A program made the position numbers and the translations under genes. Positions 54,281-64,000 of a stretch of DNA of 64,000 nucleotides are shown here, in pieces (the first letter of the stretch is position 1; each line of letters opens with the position of its first letter). Source of the DNA: the human T2T-CHM13v2.0 reference genome, Homo sapiens. Below the pieces are notes generated by a model, which saw nothing but the letters and a program-made list of their open reading frames with translations, did no database searches and had not been told where the DNA came from. The stretch lies in the NCBI RefSeq assembly GCF_009914755.1, contig NC_060936.1; one strand, written 5' to 3'.

Positions 54281-57200
54281 AAAAGCAAATTAGGCTGTCT
54301 CTCTCCAGCATGCCTTGGAGCATGCTGACCCTTGTCTTGCAAGTTCTTCCATCTCCCATTCAAATGGTTGGCCGCCCCTACCCTCTCAGAGCTCAGCTCA
54401 TGCCTCATGTCCTCTGCGAAGGCTTCGTTCATCTCCCCTGCTGGATGAAGCCCACCTATCAGAGGCTCTCAAGGACCTGTGCCTGTTTCTCCTTTGTCCT
54501 GCCTTGGTTGTTGATTAGCTGCCTCCTGTTTCTGCTCCTGAACTGTGAAGGCCATCAGGTGGTGCCACTCTGTGTTTTTGCCCAGCTCTTTATTTACGGT
54601 GCTCAGCGCAGTACATGTCACTTAGGATGTTCTGAATAGATATTACCTGAGTAGAAGGAAGGAAGCAGAAAAGGGAGGTGGGCGGGAGGAGTAAGCACTT
54701 GTGGTTACAAAAGGAAGGTGGAAGACGTTAAAAGCCCTGGGAGCATTCTGACTCAATGTGAGAAGCATAATCAGATCTAAAACAAGATAATGGCAAGAGG
54801 CAGAAGCTCTTGAGACTATGGGCCTTCTCCTGTAATTTTACACAAAGTCGCTAGTCCCCAGGGAGTGGAGTTTGTGTTTAAAGATCGTTTTCATTTCTGG
54901 ATGCTCGTGTGTTGTTGCAGGCGTGATTTTGTGAAGAACGTACTTGAGAAGTTTCAGCACTCCTTTATTAGTCAGTGCTAACTTAACCTCCTGGAGAGTA
55001 CTTACAGAAATGACTGCAAGTACAGTAACAGGGAACAAAAAGCCAGAAACTAAATAAATGTACTTGGATGTACATCAGAAAACTCTAGTGTAGAAACCAC
55101 ACATTGCTCATGTTGGTTATTTATAGTCTTAACTTTGATTTCTGCAAAGTGGATATGATACATCTTCTCCACTACTTCAAGCACAGTCCAGCTCCTGTGA
55201 CTTTCTTATCCATCCATGGTTTTACTCTCACCTCAGTCTATTAGCATTTATTTTTATTGTCATCTGACAATAAAAATAACATTTATTTGAACAAGACAGA
55301 ATTCTGAAGTTTGTTGCATCAAAGGGCAAATCGACTTCCAATTTTGAATTACTATATGCCTGTGGAAAATGAAGAGCTCAATGTAAGAATATGATGTAAT
55401 TGTTAAATATTTATTCTCTGGTCATGGTCAAATTGCATTATAATTTTTGGAGCAACATAAAATGAGGAGCAATGTAAATAAACTCACTAACAAATGTCAC
55501 ACAAAAAAGGAATTGAGGTTGTAATTATTTTTAGCAACCTCTTGGAAACCATTAAGCTGTGGTTTTGAGATGGAGATCCAGACATTGTGCAGTTCCTTCA
55601 TCCATAAGCCTGTTGGACAGATCCCACCTGAAATACACTGAAGTAGAAGGGATATTGATTTCCACGAGTTCTGGGAAGGTGGTAAAGTCTAAGAGATATT
55701 GGATGTAGGGCTGGATTATGCAAGCTGTACAGCTCTGGATTCAGATCTTCACCTTAAGTCTTACCAGCTGGGAGGCCCTGGGTAAGCTAACATCATGGAT
55801 CCTCCGTTTCCTCATCTCTAAGCTCTAGATCATAACTGTATCTTTTGCACGGTGTTGAGAAAATTAGACCGTCTGTGCAAGTTAGCAGAAAAGTGTGTTT
55901 CATGTGATGCTACAATAATTTTGGCAACTGTTTTCAGTAACATCATGCATATTGTAACCTTTTTTTCTAAAACTATAAAACCCTTATGGATTCTACCAAT
56001 ATAAATGCAGATTTGCATATTAAAGGGAGTTCTTTTACCCGAAAGTGTTTAAAAAATAATGTTGTTTGTGCCAATACTATTGAGAGAATTCAGGCCACTT
56101 GTTATCAAAAGCAGAAAGTGTGGCATTTTCCAACCTTCCTGACCCCTCCTCATAGTCCTCTGGGTGGCCTCCTTGAATGCTTTACTTTACTACAGTTTTC
56201 TGAGGCCAACTCAGCTTCCTTAGGGTTTCAGCTATTTTTTTTTCTGTCCTCTTAGGTATACAGAGGGTTAGTCTGGAAATACTACAATCCATGGATGAGC
56301 TGAGCCTCTAAGCAAGACTGCTCCTGGAGAAAGGTGTTATTGCCCAATCATCCCTCCCCTCAATTAAGAGCAGGCTCACTTACAAGTACTAGTGTTGGGG
56401 GACAAAAAAATCTATTAGCAAAATAAAGCAGCTAACAAACTTCTACTAGACCCTGTGGTTAACTTCTTTCCATGTGTTCAAAATTGAAAGCTGGTTGCAA
56501 TGACACTTTTAATCAGTAGAACACATTACATGGCCACACAATTACAAAAATGGCGCAAATGCTGATATCAAGAAGGTCATCCTTGTAGTCATGGTCAGAG
56601 CTTAGCAAAAACTGCACTTTCTTAAATGCACTATTCTTAAAATAGATGAAGGCAGAATCTCCAACACTCAGTGATGATGGAAAAGTACCTGCAAGCCAAA
56701 AGTGACAAGTGGTGCTGCTTCAAAGCAGAGAGGAAAATGGTTTCCTTCTGATTCTGTCATCCAGCCATCCACTAGGCAGGAGAAAGAAATGGTGCTTGTG
56801 TTTCTCAAAGACTCCTTCAAGTGTAGTCTCTGGGTCTCTGCGGGGGATGGCTTTTACCTACCTCCATTTGCTGTTCATGTATTCAAGAAATATTTATTGG
56901 GTAATAACCATGTAGCATGGAGGGTATTCACAAGACCAGGAAAAAACCAACAAGCAAAACATTGACAAGAATAATGCTGGAGTTATCTGCAAAGTATTAT
57001 AGGAGCAGAGATGAGGAGTGACTAACCTTGTCCAGGAAGAGAGGACATGGAAGAAGTGACATTTGAGCTGGGTTTGCACCCAGATATGGCAAATGGATTT
57101 AATCTTGGGTCCCAGATCTTGGCGTCTGAAGTGTTGTGTTGGGAACGTCTGTGAGGCTGGGCTGTGGGCCTGGGGCAGAGGTACTCTTGATTATTGATAT

Positions 57201-57747
57201 CTACCACAAACCAATACCTGTGAGTTGGCTGGAAGAGCTGTATCCTGCCCCAAATTTAGCAGCTCAGACTCAACCACATCACTATTCTTTGTTTCTGAGA
57301 AGTAAGAATTAGATATAAACACATTTTTCCAACATCTTCTCATAATAATCAGTGCTCTTTCCAACATTTTCTATCCTCCCCTGGCCTTCTTTACATAAAT
57401 AAGTCCAAGAACACCATGGGTGTTTACTCAGTTCTGTGTTGCCAGTCCTGGATACTTTACATTAGTGATTGTAGGCTGGAGTGTTGTTGGCTAAATACGA
57501 TTGAAAGATATAATACATTTTGCCCCACAAAGGTTTTCTTTTTCTCTGTGTGTGTGAGAGAAGGGGAATTTGACACTTTTTTTTTAAAGTCAGATTTATG
57601 GCTTCTCTTCACAACTCAGATAATCTGGCAACAGAGTCCTCGCATAGGATTTCAAAGGGAGATGGAGTATTCAGGGAAGTCATCTCCTAAGAAGTAGCAT
57701 ACAATGTAAACCCTGTGATTTAAAAAGTCAGTCATGTGAAGATCCAG

Positions 57748-57960
57748 GGCAGAGGTGAGCAAACTCATCTGTAAAGAGCTAGGCAGTGCAAATGCTTGGC
57801 TTTGCCAGGCACACAGTCTTTGGCATAATGACTTTGCAGTGCAAAAACTGTCATAGACAATACTTAGTGATTGAGTGTTGATTTATTCCAATAAAGCTTT
57901 ATTTACAAAAACAGCCAGTTGGGCATATACGGTTCATGGGCCAAAGTTTGCCAACCCTTG
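57748..57960 (+). mobile_element. MER58A (hAT-Charlie)
   Basis: CAGAGGTGAGCAAACT...ATTCCAATAAAGCTTTATTTACAAAAACAG...AGTTTGCCAACCCTTG. Confidence 0.85.
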
Positions 57961-58929
57961 ACTTAGGGGAAGAGTCATCCAGATAAAGAAATCAAAAGGT
58001 GAAAATCCCTGAGGCAGAAAAAAATTTGTAAGTTTAAGTGAAAGAAAGAAAGAAAGATTTCATTCTTTATCAAGAATAAAATCAGAGGAGATTAGGATAT
58101 GAGAGACCGTGCTCATCTGTCCCTTAGATTTGGCAACTAAATGGGAGAGAAGTTATACTGAAATCAGTTCTAATGTACACACAATTCTATATGTTTTCTA
58201 ACTTACTTGTCCTAGCACCAACACTCATTGATATCCATGGAATTAATTATTAATACATTCAAAGCTGTTTTATTATGCATTCCATCAAAGGTGGTCCAGC
58301 CCTTCTAAACATCAACCATGTAATTATCTTCCATGTCTCTAAGGCAATGCACAAATGCCTAAATTTCTTTCTGGATTATAATAGTAAAATAGATTGAATA
58401 TAGTTTGCAGACAAATACCTCATATATAAAGGAAGCAATAGATATTGTTGAATCATAGCACCTTTTTATAAGGTACAATTCTCTGAAAAATATTAAAATA
58501 TATTTGGAATTCTTTACATCTTTGGCCAGATATTTGGATAACTGAGACATACCAATTTATGATAAAGAGTTGATGTGAAAAGGGCGATTTCACTACAGTA
58601 TTTTTATCTGCCTTAGCAGAGGATGAAGAAGACGATAACTTAGAAATCATGTAGCCTAGCATTTCCAAAGTTGAGGAATATTGAAAAGCTCTGGCAACAT
58701 GAGTATGAACAAGGCATTAAATATCTTGAATTAAATAGTGACAATGCCACTGCCTTTTCAATCCCTTTTTAAAATTATTTTGATTATACTCTGTGAAAAA
58801 TCTCAGTTTTGTACAGCCATGTTTTAACACGGCTTATCTCCTTTTTTGCAAAGAGAATTCTGATCTCCAGCTCACAGCCCTCAGCAGACACAGCATCCAT
58901 AAGACATTTATTAACTTCAGCTTGTTTTT

Positions 58930-59290
58930 GTATCTTCCCAGTTACCTTCTATTCAGGGTTTGCTCTTCCCCAAACTCTCCACTCTTCTGCATCCTGCCCT
59001 CTGTCCTGGGAGGCTGTCCTGAATGGACAACACCACTGGGGTTTCAGGCTCTCTGGCTCCCCACTGGGCTAGCTGAACCCCCAGGGGAAGACTGGAGGGA
59101 GGCAAGAAAGTGAGGTCAAAGCAATTTTCCTCTTGACTTTCTCCATTGCAGGTCACCACAAGCTGGCTCTGTCCCTTGGGTGCCGATCTACATGACTTCC
59201 TCTTCTTCCCATTTCTAGTAACCTTTCCCACCCCCTCACCCTTGTATACCTAAGGAAGTGTTCCCTAAACCCCATCCAAATCTGTATGAC
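58930..59290 (-). mobile_element. LTR33-like ERVL LTR fragment
   Basis: CCTGCCCTCTGTCCTGGGAGGCTG...CTCTGGCTCC...GGAGGGAGGCAAGAAAGTGAGGTC. Confidence 0.6.
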
Positions 59291-59431
59291 CTGTAAATCC
59301 ACCCACCTAGGCTCCCGTTGAAACCTAAATAGCACAACCTCTATTTATGTTGATTTATGTCACTTACCTATGAACAGCCATGACAGAAATGTTCCTTTTA
59401 AAATAAACATTTAAGTTTTCAGAGTGATCCA

Positions 59432-59724
59432 CTTTCTTTTTTGAGACAGGGTCTCACTCTGTCACCCAGACTGGAGTGCAGTGGCGTGAACACTCTTTGC
59501 TGCGGCTTCAACATCTCGAGCTCAAGTCATCCTCTGCCTTCAGCCCCTCAAGTAGCTGAGGCTGCAAGCATGTACTACCACGCACAGCTAATTATTTATT
59601 TTTTTGTAGCCATAGGGTCTCCCTGTATTGTCCAGGCTGGTCTCAAACTCCTGAGATCAAGCGATCCTCCCACCTAGGCCTCCCAAAGTGCTAGGATTAC
59701 AGGTATGAGCCACTGCACCCAGTC
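59432..59724 (-). mobile_element. AluJ
   Basis: Reverse Alu with TSD ATCCACTTT. Confidence 0.92.
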
Positions 59725-61332
59725 AATCCACTTTCAATATTAGATAACAATTCAAGTGATACTGAAATATGCTAGAAAGTTATGAAGATGATTTGTGGCT
59801 GACTGTATTTGTCCAGCCTTGGGTTTTTTTTAATTGGTTGGTGTTTTAGTTTGTGATTTTACATTTAACTGAACTGGAGAGGGGAAGGGATATGCTCAAG
59901 GTCACCAGGAAAATAAATGGTTGTATGTCAAAGCCATAGCTGGAACCCACATCTGCATAATTGTCTGGCCATGGTTGCCTTTATTATACCACATGGCCTA
60001 ATCCCAGCATTAATGATATGGGCTGAACAGGCAGACATTATCACCAAACAAGGGATAGTAAATTCTACAAATCGGCACTGGAGGTGTTTATGGAACCTTA
60101 ATATATGCAGCTTTTCAAAGCTGAATGGAGTCCAGTTGTCTTGGATGGTATGAACAAATATCTACTGTATTCCCAGATAGACTAATATCAGACATTTCCA
60201 CCCAGGACAAATATATGTTCTATTTCCCAGGTGCACTCAAGGAGACATGGAAAGTAGGCAGCCAGCCCAAAGTCACACTTCACAGAAATATAAGGCAAAA
60301 ATCAAAAGTTAGAGTAGCCTCAGGCGATAAGAAAAGCAACCAAGAACTTTTGTCTGCTCATAGAAGATAATTCAAAGATAATGTGTGGGCAAAAATAGCA
60401 CTCTTAATATGAGTCCTCTGTGTCAAACCCCAGAAAATGGGGAAAATTATGATACTCCTTATCCTCCACCTCCTCATGAAACTGCAAGAACAGTCTCTCT
60501 CTGTCAACTCTTAAGAAAAAAGTTTCTGCCATAAGATAATGTAGAGGGTACCCGTAGTTTGCAGGCTGAAATGTTTTTAAATTAGTTACCAAAATTTAAA
60601 AATGGGAGATTTTACATAAAAATCTAGATTTCCAGACTTCTCAAAGTCACAAAATTTGAGTCTAGATTCTGACATGATAATTGGCTAGGACAGGTATGAA
60701 TCCTCCACTTTCCCCTTAGATGGCAAATGCTCTCGACTTGATAGACTCACAACATGGTAGCGTTTATATTCAGCTAGAAAAGAGAGAGAGACACACCCAC
60801 ACTGACTTGACCCTCCTTGCATTTCAGTTTTTTTGTTTTTTGTTTTTTAAAGAATAGTATTTTATTGAATAAGTTTTGTTCACAGAAAAATAAGCTTTAA
60901 TCTACAATGAATGCCAGATTATACAGCAGAAAGCAATTTTCTTAGCTTTCCACACTGATAGAAAGGTTCCTACTAAGTGAAAAAAGCCATAAAGTTATAT
61001 TCACAAATATAGTACTCTGTCTCAAAACATTCCACATGACTATTCACAATATTAATACAATTAAATCAGTCATTCAGTCAGGTTAAAGTATAACAGTAAT
61101 GAAAAAAATGCAAAATCTAACATAAATTACGTTAAAACCTTTGTTCATCAAATCAAAAAGCAAATTTCCTACCAAATACAGAAAAACGGTAAAATATATA
61201 GTAATTTAAAATATTACATTAATGATACAGAATAAGAAAGTGGTAAACTCCAAAAATCTACAGGCATATCTGCAAACTTCAGACTTCAAAGTAGAATCTG
61301 ACCACCCAAACATTAATGTAGCATTTGTCTAA

Positions 61333-61637
61333 TTTTGTTTTGTTTTGTTTTGTTTTTGAGTTGGAGTCTCACTCCATCACCCAGGCTGGAGCACAGTGGC
61401 AACATCCCAGCCCACCACAACCCCCGCCTCCGAGGCTCAAGTGACTCTCCCCCTCAAGCTGCGCAAGCAGCTGGAACCACAGGCACGGGCCACCACGTCC
61501 AGCCATCCTTGCATTTCTGCAGAGTCAGGATTTCAGCATGTTGGCCAGGCTGGCCTTCAACTCCTAACCCCAGGCAATCCACCTGCCTCAGCCTCCCAAA
61601 GTGCTGAGATTACAGGCGTGAGCCACTGTGCCCGGTA
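61333..61637 (-). mobile_element. AluS inside retrocopy, T>C hypermutated
   Basis: TSD CATTTGTCTAATTT (61322 and 61639); about 20 T>C changes versus consensus by eye. Confidence 0.9.
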
Positions 61638-61746
61638 CCATTTGTCTAATTTGAAGATATAATTGTCCCTTGCTATCCATGGGGTTTTGGTTTCACGACC
61701 CCCTAGGACCTGAGGATGCTTAAGTCCCTTAGATAAAATGACATAA

Positions 61747-62035
61747 GGCTGGGTGCAGTGGTTCACGCCTGTAATCCTAGCACTTTGTGAGGCCGAGGCA
61801 GGCAGATCACCCGAGATCAGGAGTTCAAGACCAGCCTGCCCAACACCACAAAACCAGTCTCCACTAAGAAATACAAAAATTAGCTGGGCCTGGTGGCAGG
61901 TGCCTGCAATCCCAGCCACTCGGGCAGCTGAGGCCTGAGAACCTCTTGAACCCAGGAGGCGGAGGCTGCAGAGAGCCAAGATGGCACCACTGCACTCCAT
62001 CCTGGGCAACAGAGTGAGATTCTGTTAAAAAAAAA

Positions 62036-62037
<2 letters not shown>
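61747..62037 (+). mobile_element. AluS inside retrocopy, T>C shifted
   Basis: Forward Alu with GATCACCCGAG, TCTCCACT, CCTGCAATC, CAGCCACT, GAGAACC. Confidence 0.9.
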
Positions 62038-62458
<421 letters not shown>

Positions 62459-62473
62459 ACTCTTCCCATTTAA

Positions 62474-62812
<339 letters not shown>

Positions 62813-64000
62813 GCATTTCAGTTTGAGAAAAAGGAAGGTATGAAATTGCCAGTTACTGACAATTACAAATTCTTGAGGCTTTTGTATTTCTCAGTCCAAG
62901 TTTGTGGGGCAACAGCAGGTGAAGAGCCAGCTTCTCTCTGTGGTCCCATTTTGAATGCTCTCTACACATTTCCTTCTTGAAAATATTCTATTGGATCAAT
63001 GCGTTTTGGAAACCCTGTTACCTAAAATCGTATCACTTTTCTTACACCAACTTCGTTTCTGTTACCTGGGTGAACCTAATACAATTTCCCTGTACATCTG
63101 TCAAGTTAATCCATTTGCCATCATCTTGTATTTTGAGTCAAAACTAATACATACACTAACCTTTAATTTATAACATGAATTTCATTAGATCAGGTGAGTT
63201 TAAAAGAAAGGCTTCATTTTGATCCCAAGATGTATTCTGTGAGCACCACTTAATATCACCCGTGTTCAGTGAGTTGAATAAATCTAGCTGCTCTGTTTGC
63301 TGCCTGTCTTACTAAACGCACTCAGAGTTTTAATGCTACTAGGTCTTCCCAAATTTTTGCTGAACAAAATATTTCAAAAAGAAATATTTAGGTCAGTTTG
63401 TTGAAGTAAACTTTACTCTGAAAACTTGGTTACAGAGTGGTTCAAACTTTCTGTTTTTAAATGATCGCATCCTTTTTAAAAAATGTTGTAGTCCTGTCCT
63501 CACAATTAAATGAAGGATGGGTCATAGGAATTGCATTTGCAATTATTGTTGTTAAGCTGTAATTATTACATTATGACTCATTTACTCCCCCAGATATGAT
63601 CTGTTTCATGAATACATTACTCTTTTTATAAAGAATTGGGTTTGGAGGCTGAAGTGCAGGGACTCTAAGGCCTGGTAATTCCCCCAGTTCGGAGATATTT
63701 TTTCTAACCAATTAACTTATGCACAAATCAAGTTCTCTGCTGGGGCAGGTGGGCCTCGCCACATTTCTCCATGCACACATTTTCTCTGGAACCATTCGTT
63801 TCTGTAGGTTTTTTTCCCCCTTTAAATGGCAGCAGAAGAAGGCAGCTTTATGAGGGCCAGCGGAAGACAGCAGGTATTTTGAAATCCTTTACCATTTGCA
63901 GGGAATCCTGGCCTTATCTTCCTCAGCTTCCACCACAGGAGCAAACAGTGGGGCAGAGCCTACATATACCTCTGGGTTGAGATTTCAGTCCCCAGGCCCA

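Noticed and set aside
60849-61320. Naming the parent gene of the retrocopy
   Set aside because: Only UTR-like sequence is present and I do not recognise it; needs a BLAT search.

Overview
Primate (human/ape-like) nuclear DNA that is AT-rich and dense in repeats. I see no convincing protein-coding gene; the ORF track is almost entirely Alu/L1/LTR-derived or random. The window holds many Alu, L1, L2, MIR, DNA-transposon (MER20, MER58, Tigger3, MER2) and LTR elements (LTR8, LTR12 nested in THE1, THE1B, MST, MLT, MER41). Two features stand out. (1) 60819-62824: a ~2 kb minus-strand retrocopy bounded by a 12-bp TSD, with a poly(A) tail and AATAAA. Its internal inverted Alus carry a heavy strand-specific A>G load that looks like ADAR A-to-I hyper-editing fixed into DNA. 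Its 5' end is a full-length, unedited AluSc-like element, suggesting an Alu/mRNA template-switch chimera. (2) 49633-50357: a mitochondrial insertion (tRNA-Gln/tRNA-Met/ND2 NUMT) in which a 47-bp piece of mt-tRNA-Met is amplified into a near-perfect 13-copy minisatellite. Smaller items include a rearranged MER41 LTR beside an env-like relic, an interstitial telomeric tract, twin-primed L1s and a fold-back hairpin inside an Alu. Repeat subfamily names come from recalled consensus sequences compared by eye and are approximate.
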